A stretch of DNA of 64,000 nucleotides, taken from the NCBI RefSeq assembly GCF_964355755.1, contig NC_092672.1, forward strand, positions 24,937,237-25,001,236. The letters run 5' to 3'. The DNA is from Antedon mediterranea (taxonomy: Eukaryota > Animalia > Echinodermata). Position numbers and translations under genes: made by a program. The notes under the pieces were generated by a model. That model made no database searches and was not told where the DNA came from. It saw only the letters and a program-made list of their open reading frames with translations. Positions 50,499-64,000 of this stretch are shown here, in pieces. The number at the start of each line of letters is the position of its first letter. Position 1 is the first letter of the stretch.

Positions 50499-52267
50499 AT
50501 AAGTCATACATTCATTATTATTCATTATATGTTAATCTGAAATTTCACTCTTTATTTTACTTATAATCGAATAACATTCTTAAAATGTTTAAAAAAAACC
50601 AGAATTGATCAATAAATGTGTAATAATATGCCAAAATAGTATGAATAATTTTATTCTGAAATAATTATGAACAACACTTATTATTTGTATCAAATAAAAT
50701 TCTCAAAATCATCTATTAAAACTTGTAATGAACTGTTTGTATTAGCAAATGCACTTCACGTTTGTGCAGGCATGATCTTATATACACATAAAACACAATA
50801 TTTTTGATGTGAGTAAAAGATTTCATCATTCAATGCTAAAATGAGAACTTGAATTGTACAACACAGTTTTTAAATGTTTGTTATTTTATTTCATTTCATT
50901 TATTCATTCGACCAATAAACAGATACAGAACAGAACAAAGCACATGGTCATTGGCAAATAAAGCAAAACAATTACTATAACCGCCCTGGCTTTTAAACAC
51001 GATGTAGCTCTCGTTCTGCGAAGCCTAGCAACTAACGAAAAACAGTGACGTAAAGCTTGAAAATCCCCTTATAGAATATTACACCATCTTTTGTGCCTTC
51101 TATTTGCATAAGCGATGTTTAGGTAGTAATACGCAGGGTGGTTTTGGGCGCTTTAGGTGCTAAAGGGGTAAAGAGCAATTAAGACATACTGTAAATTAAA
51201 ACAACAAAATACAAAAAATATTGCACCAAGTAAAACATTTGTACAAGCTTACTAAAAAGTCTCTTAGTATAAGGGACCTATACATAAATATACAAAATTA
51301 AATAATTAAAAGATTAATAATCGGTTATTGAAAATTTAACTACTGTAATATAATAGAAGTTGCCTTAACATAGTAGCACAAATTAAATTGTAAATTTTGA
51401 TTAAAATCTTTATTAACTCTAGGTCCTGTATATTTAAAGCATAACGGAACAAAATTTCCTTTTTTTTAAAAGAGCAAAATAGACATAAATTGGCATTTCT
51501 CAACATTGAGACAATTGAGAATAGAGTTGTAGCTTGATGATTAAGACGGTCGGCTAGCAATCTAAGGGTCCTGTGTTGCATGTTTTTAAGAATAAAAACT
51601 TATTTCATTGTATCCTATAACTTTTTTAAACATTGATGCTTTCAAGTAAATTTAAAACAATTATTGGATGGATATTGTAATTGAAGACTATCTAAGTTGT
51701 AATCCGGCAGATGCGGACATTCAGGCGACCCTTGTGAATCACAAACGTTAAAGAGTGAAAAAGTTCATTAAATGATGAAGCCTTGTCATAAACAGTAGAA
51801 TTGAAGCAATTTTATGATACATTACAGAAGGATAATCACTAGGTTTATTTTTACATTTCATCTGACTCCAAAATCTTATTTGTACAGTAGGCCTTGTATT
51901 TTTAGCTAAAGAATATATTTACGCTGACAGTAAAGTATCTCGAGCAAACTTTAAATTATTTTTTGTCATTTCTTAAAATATAAAAACAAAAAAACAGGCC
52001 AATGTTATTAAATTATAAAAAACCTGTTATTGTAAGTTAATTTATACTAGAGTGTACATGAGCAAAGCAGGCCTACCCTATAAAAATGAATAAATAATAT
52101 ATTAAGATTTAATGACAATTTTTGACAAAATGGGTTTTATTACATGATATACCAAAATATGAGCCCATATTATTAACATGATAATATTATGAACAATTTC
52201 AAATTTTTTGGTGGTTGTTGTGCTTTGTATAGCAAATTTTGAAATGTCTTAAATTATCACCTATAAC

Positions 52268-52800
52268 AAGTGTTATAACGTTCGTAAAAGCCAGTTACTT
52301 ATTCGTCGTAGAGGGCGTAGATGCAAACAAGTTTGCTGAACTGGGGTGGCAAATGGTAAAGTAGGTCATGGGTGATCGATTCATAGTAAATTAAAAAAAA
52401 AAAAATTAAGTATGTCAAGTGTTATAACGTTCATAAAAGCCAGTTACTTATAGAGGACGTAGATGCAAAAAAGTTTGCGGAACTGGGGTGGCAAATCGTA
52501 AAGTAGGTCAAGGGTGATTGATTTATACCAACATTTTTGAAAAAATTAAGTAGGTAAAGTGTTATAACGTACGTAAAGCCAGTTTCTTATTCACCGTAGA
52601 GGGCGTAGATGCAAAAAAGTTCGCGGAACTAGGGTGGCAAATGGTAAAGTAGGTCAAGGGATACCAAAATATGTTGAAAATATTAAGTAGGTCAAGTGTT
52701 ATAATGTCCATAAAAGCTAGTTACTTATTCGCCGTAGAGGGCGTAAATGCATAAAATGTTATTGAACTTTGACCGGAAGAAGTAGAGGAGGTCAAGGCTA
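52268..52800. repeat. About 140-bp imperfect tandem repeat (4 units)
   Basis: AAGTGTTATAACGT...GTAGAGGGCGTAGATGC...GGTGGCAAATGGTAAAGTAGGTCA recurs at about 52268, 52417, 52557 and 52694. Confidence 0.85.
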
Positions 52801-54177
52801 ACATGTTGATGCAATAACCACTCAATTAGATAGTTATTACATATTAAAATCTGTTTTTAAAAATATTTGTGACTGTCCCTTTAATTCAATTTGAATAAGG
52901 AACTAGGAACTAGTAACCAACTTCACAGACATAGCATTCGACAGCTTGTAAAAAAATTGGTCAAAAACACATTTTTCGCACAAACTTGCTGTTTTAACAT
53001 AGCTTAATAGATAAAGGAGAATCAAACGGTGCCCCAGCTCAAAAGGCGCTAGCTATCAGTCTTCTGGTTTAGGAAGAGTCAGAGTAACACATTTTAAGTT
53101 TTGTAATATAGATTGGTTTGCTACTCATCATTATAGTCATTGTTGGTCAATATTTGCCTACTTTTGGGTTATTTAAAATTGGTTATTGATTTTGTCTTTT
53201 AAATTTAAATTGTCTTTAAATAAAAGTTAAATTGTGCGTAGTGCTGCCAATTTGAAAGGTATTCAAATCAATTCTAAGACTAGAAATCTGTTTGGATATC
53301 ATAGATGAAATACCCCTTGTAGCATTTCAAAGATATCATTTTTGATAAATGAATTTGACAATTATTGAAACCATTAGAGATCAGATGGTCATCAAACTTA
53401 TATAAATAAAAAATGGAAAAACCAATACAATAGATCTTTAGTCTGCTTTATGGCATATTTAACTGTCTGCTGACTGCATATTTAAACATTGATGATTGTT
53501 AGAATTCAAATTATTAATGGTGGGCTTATACTTAACATGTAGGTCTACTTTACTGTGAAAACAGGATGCTGGTCAACTCATCACTAAAATACTTTGATAA
53601 CAAATAGGATATCAAGACTTAAATATTATGAAGAGGGAAGCTTGAATGCCACTATTATTCCAAAATAGGGATAGGCTGCTGTGTAGTGTTTATATGACAT
53701 GTTCAGTTTTTAAATTCACTAGTAAATAATAAACCTTCTTAGTTTCTGTCTAATAGCATTACTGCTAATGCAGCATATTAAAGTTTAAATTTCTAAATTA
53801 GATAATTTATTGTACTATACATCACAGCCACTGATCATAACTGGGCCCTCTTGGAGACCAATCTTTGACTGAAGAGGTTGCCCAGTATAAACAAAATATT
53901 TTAATTTCAATAATGACACGTCAACCAGTAATTTTGATCAAAACAAATTTAAGGCAAATGTACTGTACATTACTTTACATATAGTCTACTCGCCCTAATT
54001 TGCTAAACATTTTAGCAGCTAGAAATATTGCCACATAATTTTTTTTGGGTAAAAAATGTGTATTTTTTTTTTTCGTCCAATGTTGAGAGTGGCCTAACAA
54101 CAATGAAATCCATAAATTATAAATAATTACAACATTGTTTTTCATATGTATGGACAATGGTGTTTATAACCCTTTAA

Positions 54178-56069
54178 AGGGGGGTTCCGGGTTTAAAATG
54201 AATAGTAAAAAATGTAAAATATATTTGTTTGTCTCTTGAACGGTAAAAGTTTCAATTTATATAAGCGCCCAGTGAAGCAGAACGAAGGCTGTGAAATGAG
54301 GCCAGATTACAAGTGCAGCTACGGCGATATGACACTGTGTTACAGAATAGGAAATTCGTGAAATGGTCAATCTTCCGACGACTCGTTATCATTAACCATA
54401 TCAATTACTTTTGTAAAATTATACTTATCTGATGTAATTTTAGTCGGTCTTCCCATTTATAAAGTCAATGTTCTATGAAAATTCATCAAAACAGTGAAAA
54501 ATTAGATATGTTTGCACTTTACGTTTGCCGATTTTCGCACTGACTTAGGGAAAGCCTTCAAAATCAATGAAGCGTAACGTATACATTCCTGCTGAGCGAG
54601 AGGAGAGCGAGACGACGATACACGTGCTTTACCTGCCCATGCCTGGCATCGTCACGTGATAAGCAGATACAGTATACAATACCAAACTGGTCGGGTCGAG
54701 TATACCCCGTCTATAATTACAACATGAACGATGTACAGTATTTGATTGAAGGTCGACTCGACCTACCGGAATGGTATAGATAATATAGTATTATATACTA
54801 TACTGTATATGAAACCATTTCAATATTAACTATCATGATAATTTTAATATCGTCATCAACAAATATTTTTGTTACTACTTCCTCTTTATGTATATATATA
54901 TAAATATATTTAACTAAAATGTATCAACTCATGTCAGACAAATATTGCCACAGTATATAGTACTAATTTTAATTCAAATTAGCTTAAGTATCCGTATCCG
55001 TCATTTTATGTTAATTGTGTTCAATATGGATGCACCACTTCCTGTGTGTGCCACCGATGTAAAGGTGCAATTTCCAAATAAATTGATTGATTGATTGATA
55101 GCTCGAATGAGAGAGTTGGAATATTTGTAAACATAAGTATTGCTAATTTTAAGAAGTGTAGCCTAGTAAAAGGCCTGGTAGTATCAATTCGCATAGGGTC
55201 TACTACACTAGCTAGCTCAATTTTTAACTGGGCCGGATCGGCTATACCTAGTACTTGGTCTACTTGCTTGATGCAGTAGTATCCGCTTTTTTGGAGAGTA
55301 AACTAGGCCTCTAGGCCTATTTTAGGCCTACTTAGACGATCAGGACACCATACGTGCGGACGGCGATATTTACAGCCGATTTTGTAGAATGTTTTAGGTT
55401 TAGATTGTTTAGGAGTTTGGTTGATAGGATGGGTTTGGAATCCACTGAGTTTTGTTATTTATGGGCCAATCGTTTAGTAGTGGGCCAATCGTTTAGTAGT
55501 AGGCTAGCTAGGCCCATGGGCCCCAATGTTTTAGTCAGAATGGCTCTCACCCATGAAAAAAAATGATTTAGGCTAGGCCTAGCCCAGTACGTGAAGCCGA
55601 TAATACGATCTGTACTATTCGAGGTATAAAAATAGTATATTGTGACTCCGTAATCTTTACTAAATTTGTATTTCATTAAATGTCAAATAAATATATGCTA
55701 CTACTGTTATTATTACACTTTAGGCCTAGCTTAGAAAATCTACAAAAAATGTATTTCACAATGATCGGGTGGTCGTCGTTTGACAGGGGAGAGAGATGTA
55801 AATTTAGTTGACAAACACAACGTACATGACGTCGCGAGTTTGGAATCCACTGATGACGTGATTTTGTGAATATCTCATGAATATTAATGAGCTTCCCTAA
55901 GCTGCTGAAAAACAGACTTTCCATGAATTTACCCTAAAATGTATATGAAATTTTATTTTTTTAATATCTCGTTATTATTTCTTCATTCTGACATGTCTAT
56001 ATTGTTATAATATTTTTTATTTAATAAATAAACGATATTTAAAAGCAATTTTAAACCCAGAATCCCCCT
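54178..56069 (+). mobile_element. Kolobok-like non-autonomous element, copy A
   Basis: TIR AGGGGGGTTCCGGGTTTAAAAT / ATTTTAAACCCAGAATCCCCCT with TTAA TSD on both sides; inverted copy at 61744-63439. Confidence 0.88.
54789..55097 (+). mobile_element. Short retroposon 3' fragment inserted in copy A
   Basis: Absent from copy B; ends AATAAA(TTGA)n; ATAG duplicated at the junctions. Confidence 0.6.
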
Positions 56070-56567
56070 TTAATTAACCCCACATTTCATAGGATACATA
56101 CTGTACAGTACAAACAATGGCATAGACTCGACATTAGGATGTTTTTTCACTGACAGAATTAACTTGGATTTATAGATTCAACAGCAAAGTGAAGTTCTCG
56201 TTCATGTTTTATGCCACAAATTCAGACCACTGGTTCCTTCTGAGCATGCACAATACTATTGTGTCATCATCAGCTCCAATGAATCTTTGCTTACAAGAAA
56301 TCAAAGTGGTTCTGAAGCGGGTTGATTTGACAGATTTCCATGTTAATTCATTGCTCCTTGCTTATTCTTAGTAATATTGTAATACGTCAACACAACTTCT
56401 GTAACACAAGGCAAACTAGTGCTGATCTATTGATACTAACACTAAGAAATCTTCTGACAGACTCTGAGCTGGTTTATATCCATTGTTAATCTAATTTGTT
56501 TTCATTCTGAATTGTCTGACTTGGCATAACCATCAGGTATGCAAATAACCATCTGGTATGCAAACAC

Positions 56568-57263
56568 AATAATCAAAGGAAGTGTCCTCATTATCACATT
56601 ACCTGTACAAATTGTTGTACTTTATTATTAGGAATTTAAAAGAGAAAAAAATGTTACCTTTGAGTTTGTTTTTTTAAATTACAGTATAACAAAGTTTACT
56701 AAAATACAGTATGACTCTGAGAATAAGAACATGATGTTTGGTATGATAATTATCTATACTATGTGAAATATAATAACCTCTATGTGCTTAATATTTTAAC
56801 CCAAGCTGGTCACAACCTCATATGTATGTGCCTGATCAAGGCAGGATCAGATGTGAATGTTGCAAGTGATGTAAAGTCATATATTTAACAAAATATAATA
56901 ACTTTTTTTTCCAAATAATAATCAAAGGAAGTGTCCTCATTATCACATTACCTGTACAAATTGTTGTACTTTATTATTAGGAATTTAAAAGAGAAAAAAA
57001 TGTTACCTTTGAGTTTGTTTTTTTAAATTACAGTATAACAAAGTTTACTAAAATACAGTATGACTCTGAGAATAAGAACATGATGTTTGGTATGATAATT
57101 ATCTATACTATGTGAAATATAATAACCTCTATGTGCTTAATATTTTAACCCAAGCTGGTCACAACCTCATATGTATGTGCCTGATCAAGGCAGGATCAGA
57201 TGTGAATGTTGCAAGTGATGTAAAGTCATATATTTAACAAAATATAATAACTTTTTTTTCCAA
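56568..57263. repeat. 349-bp tandem duplication containing a degenerate ankyrin exon in each copy
   Basis: Period 349; each copy has CLIKAGSDVNVASD|GTAAAGTCATA (about 56805-56870 and 57154-57219). Confidence 0.85.
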
Positions 57264-58793
57264 TTTAAAAAGTCTAGATTCATTTTTCATAAAATCTACA
57301 AATTGGAGTAGTAAAGATTTTGTCTGATTTAATGTTGTAATTATAGATACAAAATCTTCACTCATCTTAAACCTTATTTATTATATTAATGATTTACATT
57401 AATACATACTGTATACAACAAATACAATACATTAGTTTATATTTTTTAATGACAGGTTTGTCAAATATAATTGTGGCACATTTCAACAAATTACAGCATA
57501 TAATTACTGTAGATAAAACCAAATTACATTTGCTCATAAGAGCATTATTGTTCTACGGATGTGCCTTGAAGGCTTTGGTCTTTGCTCTATCGCCCTACTG
57601 TACACCATCTCTTGTAGTATAATATCCCACTACCCGGCCTGTGTTAAATATAAAGGCCTCCATGTATACTAATTCATATTATATTTACCTGTTTCAAATG
57701 AAAAAAATGGATAGCTAAACTGTTTTAAATTTAAAGAAATGCAGAGAATAATTTGCAAGCATCATAATTATATTTGAACATAATGAACATAACTACCTAA
57801 AAGGTAGTCTTCTTATTGTACCTTTTTAATATCCTAGATGTGGGTAAAGTACTTTACAAGAATCCTCTCTCACTTCTCATCTATTGTGCTGGCATACATA
57901 TTTTATTTGTTTTATTCTTTGACTTTATTTATATATTATCTTTCATTTACATTTAAGCCATTATTTGAAAACATTTTCTTATCTTATTTTATGCAATGTT
58001 ATTATATTCTTCAATTTAAAGTTATGATGTTGATGTTTTCAACAACAGCTAGCTATAGAAAGAAAGTTGATTGAATATAATTATATGTAAATTTTTCAGA
58101 AAATTCAGTCGATGATCACTGGTTTAAAAAAAATATAAATTTAATACAGTATTTAAAATGAATTAATGAAAAAAATTATGTATTTCTTCAATGGCTGCAA
58201 ATGGTAACTGGCTGCAGACCTCTTAATTTATTTTAAAGTCAGGTTTTTCAAAATGTCCTCAACTTTGTCAATAAATGATCCAATATTGTGAAATAAGTAA
58301 ATTTATTCTAATTTTAGCTTTTAATTATGTGAAAATCAGTCTCATACTTAGTAACTTTATCAAAATTAAAGAAAAGATTGACATGATTATTTTTTTTATC
58401 ACGAGAGCATAACGGTGTATTACTACTAGCAAGTTTTTAAAGGAAATAATGTTCCTCAAATTGTCTAGACTATAAAACAAGTCCTATAGTATAACAATTT
58501 GTCCTGATCAATTTTAAATTTGAGTGTTAAATAAAACTTGTCTGCTAAATCTAAAACTTAGTTTTCTTCATCTCTCTGAAATAAAACATTGTTTGAATGC
58601 CTTTCTGATGAATTTGACAGTAAAACAAATGTAATGTCATTGCAAACCATTGTTTATATCACCATGGTTATAAGGACAGTTTTAAAGAAAACTGAATAGG
58701 CCAAATTTGTTTTGTTACGTTTTGTGTCCAGGATTTGAATGTACAAAATATGTGAAAGATGGTCGTACAGCTCAGATGTGTTTACATACCATA

Positions 58794-59640
58794 GGCCCCG
58801 TTTCTGCTGCCAATCCCAAATATACCGTATAAATATACCGTATATATACCGTATATGAAATTCGTGCACCGTTTCCGCTGCACATACTTCGTGGGTGGGC
58901 TGTAAAAAAAGTTGGCTTTCATTACCCAAAATGCATTTTGTGAGACGGAAGTATGGATTGACCTAGAGTCTCGTGTAGTGAGGTTACATGACAAAAACAA
59001 AACAATGATGGTTTCTCAAAACGTCTTAGCATTGCTTTCTATTTTAAATCTAATGAGCAGAAGTGGCAACGAATTTACATCGCACAAACAATCTAGAAAT
59101 GTAGAATGGGCATTGACTACAGTACATCCATGCAAAGAAGACGACGACATTTGCCGATAACTTTGGCGTTATTAAGTCTACCACAAATTCTGCTTTTATT
59201 TTGTTTGAGATACTTTTGTAAATCTCGGTATCTCTTCTGTTGCCATGTAGTCTCCCCCCAACCTTCGCTTCTCCCCACAATTGAATTGCAAAAATAGTTA
59301 TTTCTTCAGTCCACATTGATATTTTGATCTGTTGCTTGCTTATTATACACGTGTGTGTCAATGCAGCAGAAAAACCAAACAAACGCGTCACGCTCTGTTA
59401 GTTTTTGAGCTCGTGTCATGGGCCGGGTCACATATACGGTATATTTTGATTGCAGCAGAAACGGGGTACGAAATATACAGTACGGTATATTTTGGAATAT
59501 ACCGTATAATATCCACAAACGATGGGGATATTTATGCGGTATATATACCGCATATATATACGGTATATTTTTTATGAGACCCATTTCTGCTGCCAAAAAA
59601 TATACCGTATATAAAATATACCGTATATATACGGTATATG
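58794..59640 (-). mobile_element. Harbinger-like derivative with Myb/SANT-like remnant, related to 29400-30998
   Basis: End GGCCCCGTTTCTGCTGCC; internal GCAGCAGAAA repeats; ATACCGTAT subterminal repeats; MWTEEITIFAIQLWGEAKVGGRLHGNRRDTEIYKSI on the - strand; other TIR missing. Confidence 0.7.
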
Positions 59641-61743
59641 AGTGCGTAATACTGTAAATGCTTTATTTTAATTTTTTTTATTACCATTAAAATATACAAT
59701 GTAGCTAATAGATTAAAAAGTCACCCATCTTCAAAATTTGATTATAAAGGAAATGTGAAATTAATTAACATTTTGATTTTATTTATTTTATCTTCTTCTA
59801 TCTTATTCTATGATTTATATACTATAGATGGTGTATCTGTCAGTGTTCTTTCTTCTTTTTTTAATTAAAAAATGCCCTTTTGCAGCAATGTCAAATGATC
59901 AAAGCTAAACATAATTGTCAAAAAATAATAATTATATAAGATAGTTAACCTTTCCACCTGTAATTACTTAATTACAAGCTTAATTACAAGCTTTCTTATT
60001 CATCAAAATCATCACTAAGTTTGTTTACACTTGATAAACTTTCTACAATGTAAATTATAATATTTTAAGCACTATTAGTTATTTCAAATTTACATGGAAT
60101 AATATAGTTATTTATTAATCAATAATACTCCTCACACTTATTTAAATTTTATTAATAGTGTACTGTAATTTAATAATATTGATAATATGCCAAACTGTTA
60201 AGTTAAATTGAGATTTGCTATTCTCTTTTAAAAAACCCCAATATATTCTATAGGCTAAATCATTCATAATTGATTGTATTTTTTAGTGTATTCAAACTTT
60301 ATTTGATCATCATCAGGAATGATGATAAAATGTAAGCATTATTGTTAATATTATGGAATGCTTTATTAAATAGGTAACAGCAGTGATCATCATTGCTTTG
60401 CACAGTCTGTAGTATAATTAAAATGATTCCATCTTCTATCATTGTTTTATTTATTCATCTTCTTCATCATTATAAGACAATAACAAACTCGTTTAAATAT
60501 AAATCTACCCACTGTAATGTTGGTGTTGCTACAGTTTTTCATATTTTAGGACAATGACAGATTATCAATGCTTATCTTTATAGCATTCATTCAAGTATAA
60601 GCAATAATGTCAACAGTATATTATTTGGAAATCACAATATAAAAAGATCAACTTTAATCATTTTGTAAAGTTTAATATTTCTTAACAGACTGTTCATTCT
60701 TTTAAATTAAATTTTAAATTCAAACATTAATTTATCCACAAAATATCAATTATTAAAAATAAACTTAAAACTCTAATCGTGCCTTAAGTTGATCATTGAC
60801 ACTATTTTAACTAAAATAAATACCGGTAACTTAAATTTAAAGTTTAGTTAGCAAAGTTCAAAAGGATGAACTAAAACACCTAATAAAAACCAGAAAAGAG
60901 GCTATACGAGGATGCTTGTTTTTCTTGTCTTATCATTATTGAATGAATGTTATTGAATAAATGTTATTGAATTTAATTCACAGCCTACACATACAATAAT
61001 ATACAATAATGACAAAATTTGATGTTTTAATTAAGTTTAACTAAACATGAAAAACTACGATGTGTATTCCATGCGTACTGTACACCCATTTTTTATTGTT
61101 GCAAAGTTTCAAAATGACGCAATGAACTTTACTCCGTCCATTGGATTGAATGTTAAATTAACCAAATATAAGTCCCGATAATGAACAGAACAGAGTATGC
61201 TCAGTATACTGTGCATAAGCATGCGCAGATTAATATTTTGTGTAGATTACCGTCCCCCTTCGTCTACCGTCCTGTCATCATAAAGTCACTAGTAGGTTTT
61301 ATTGTAAATTAACAGCACACTACGTGCAACAGCTAATACAGTAGTACTAATCATTGTCAGTATTTTCATTTTTGTTGTAAATGTATAGTCAACAGAGACC
61401 TCTTAGAATCAGGCTTCTGAGTCATGTCAGTCATATATTCTACTCATTCACCTTTTACCAAAAATTTGGGATTTTTAAAATGTCTTTCTTTCCATCATAT
61501 ATATTCATTTATGACTGACAATTTCATTCTTATAGTTTCATTCTACTGTAAAACAATAATACTCTCTTTGTCAATACATTCAGCCTCTTACATTAACATT
61601 CAAATTAATTCAGAATAAACACATTTGGATGATGAAGCCTAAAAAAAAAAAAAACCAGAATAACTAAAATACAAATAAATTTTGATTTTTATATACATTA
61701 CTTATACTACCTTTTATAGGTATAAACATACAGTGCTAGTTAA

Positions 61744-63439
61744 AGGGGATTCTGGGTTTAAAATTGCTTTTAAACATCGTTTATTTATTAAATAACAAAT
61801 ATTATAACAATAGACATGTCAGAATGAAGAAGTAATAATGAGAAATTAAAAAAATTAAATTTCATATACATTTTAGTTTAAATTCATGCAAAGTCTGTTT
61901 TTCAGCAGCTTAGGGAAGCTCATTAATATTCATGAGATATTCACAAAATCACGTCATCAGTGGATTCCAAACTTGCGACGTCATGTACGTTGTGTTTGTT
62001 GACTAATTTACATCTCTCTCCCTTGTCAAACGATGACCACCCGATCATAATGAAATACATTTTTTGTAGATTTTCTAAGCTAGGCCTAAGTGTAATAACA
62101 GTAGCATATATTTATTTGACATTTAATGAAATACAAAATTTAGTACAGATCATGGAGTCATAAATTATACTATTTTTATACCTCTATAGCAGGGAATAAT
62201 TTCGCCAGTTTAGCATAGCAAAAAGCTATACAAAACAACCTTAGCAAAAAATACAATACAAAACTATGTTCTTGACTAAAAAATCAGTTTGATTAGCAAT
62301 TTTGCTAAACAAAATTTTCAAATGAAATTTTTCCCTGCTATAGTACAGATCGTATTCGGCTTCACGTACTAGCCTAAATCATTTTTTTTATGGGTGAGAG
62401 CCATTCTGACTAGGGATTCCATGCCACAATGGATGGCTACGTTAAAACATGGGGCCTATGGGCCTAGCTAGCCTACTAAACGATTGGCCCATAAATAACA
62501 AAACTCAGTGGATTCCAAACCCATCCTATCAACCAAACTCAATAATAAACAATATAACCTAAAACGTTCTACAAAATCGGCTGTAAATATTGAGGCAAAA
62601 CAAGGTCCGATTGCCGTCCGCACGTATGGTGTCTCGATCGTCTAGTAGGCTTAAAATAGTTTACTCTCCTAAAAAGCGGATACTGCATCAAGCAAGTAGA
62701 CCTAGTAGGAAGGAGACCTAGCCGATCCGGCCCAGTTAAAAATTGAGCTAGCTAGTGTACTGTAGTAGACCCTATGCGAATTGATACTACCAGTCCTTTT
62801 ACTAGGCTACACTTGTTAAAATTAGCAATACTAATATGTTTACAAATATTCCAACTCTCTCATTCGAGCTATATTATCTATACCATTCCGGTAGGTCGAA
62901 TCGACCTTCAATCAAATACTGTACATCGTTCATGTTGTGATTATAGACGGGGTATACTCGACCCGACCAGTTTGGTATTGTATACTGTATCTGCTTATCA
63001 CGTGACGATGCCAGGAATGGGCAGAGAGCACGTTTATCGTCTCGCTCAGAAGGAATGTACAGACGGTACGCTTCATTGAATTTTAAGGGTTTTTCCCTAT
63101 TGTCAGTGCGAAAATCGGCAAACGTAAACTGAATCTCCAAATGATTTTACACAATTGTGATGAATTTTCATAGAAAATTGACATTATAAATGGGAAGGCC
63201 GACTAAAATTACATCAGATAAGCATAATTTTACAAAAGTAATTGATATGGTTAATGATAACGAGTCGTCGGAAGATCAAAATTTTCCTATTCTGTAACAG
63301 TGTCATATCGCCGTAGCTTCACTTCACAGCCTTCATTCTGCTTCACCGCTCACTTTATAATAAGTGAAACTTTTACCGTTCAAGAGACAAACAATTATAT
63401 TTTATTTTTTACTATTCATTTTAAACCCGGAACCCCGCT
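61744..63439 (-). mobile_element. Kolobok-like non-autonomous element, copy B (inverted relative to copy A)
   Basis: Reverse complement of 54178-56069 over its length; TTAA on both sides. Confidence 0.88.
62190..62337. mobile_element. 148-bp hAT-like MITE with 6-bp TSD nested in copy B
   Basis: TIR CAGGGAATAATTTC / GAAATTTTTCCCTG; CTATAG on both sides; absent from copy A. Confidence 0.75.
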
Positions 63440-64000
63440 TTAAAAGTAAATAACAGTCAACCAAAATAAAACTTGGTTTACTAAAGCTTTGGTTGCCAAC
63501 GCAATGTAGGCGCTACGCAAGTGAGTTGACCATTAACAAGCAACAGTTCGTATAATCCATCACATTGCGATTGGTCAATTTGCTTGATTTAATTTACAAA
63601 AAAATTGGATAGACTACAGACAAATGGACAGACTAAATGTTGGGACAAACAAACTTATTACATGCAATTATTACTCAGTAATCACCTCTGTAGTCCCATG
63701 GGTACTCTTTTAAATAGTTATTGATTACAGTGCCTTAAAATATTCTTTAAATAATAATTGTGTAAATGAATTTGACCAGAACCTTTACCATGCTAATCCA
63801 TATCAATACTTTGAGTTACAATTGTAGATAATATATTGATATTCATTTGTAGCTATACACTAGGCTTCATTATCTTAAGATTATTAGAGTATGCGTATTC
63901 AGCAGTATGATCATACACACTGTTTATATTTTGTATGGTGTAACGAGTACAGGGGTAGGCCTATAGCTACAGCAGTAGGTCATAATCACTGTTTATATTT

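Noticed and set aside
55091-63140. Short ORFs within the Kolobok-like copies
   Set aside because: Frames are not preserved between copies A and B, and no transposase or THAP motifs were recognised

Overview
Eukaryotic, very AT-rich, repeat-dense invertebrate DNA. A Deu/Nin-core tRNA SINE and abundant TAGGCCTA motifs suggest a marine invertebrate, possibly an echinoderm (inference). There are no prokaryotic operons, rRNA genes, tRNA genes or CRISPR arrays. The main host gene is a + strand spliced ankyrin-repeat gene: coding exons at 39921-39971, 40600-40674 and 46854-46952, then decayed duplicate ankyrin exons near 50.4, 56.8 and 57.2 kb. Mobile DNA dominates: an intron-containing IS3EU-like DDE transposon half with a palindromic subterminal array (4.0-7.1 kb); an apparently intact single-ORF L2/CR1-group LINE inside a 72-bp minisatellite (32.6-36.2 kb); a 5'-truncated Tx1/L1 LINE with a 14-bp TSD; many Kolobok-, Harbinger- and hAT-like non-autonomous elements, some nested; and a 26-bp satellite with a 705-bp higher-order repeat. 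A rearranged 15.6-23.1 kb mosaic holds decayed intronless ORFs of unknown, possibly Polinton/virus-like, origin. The most notable observations are complementarity between the LINE 5' end and the loop of its 3' stem-loop, ankyrin exon-module birth and death, an inverted transposon pair bracketing dead exons, and the unexplained ORF block. All calls were made by eye, without database searches.
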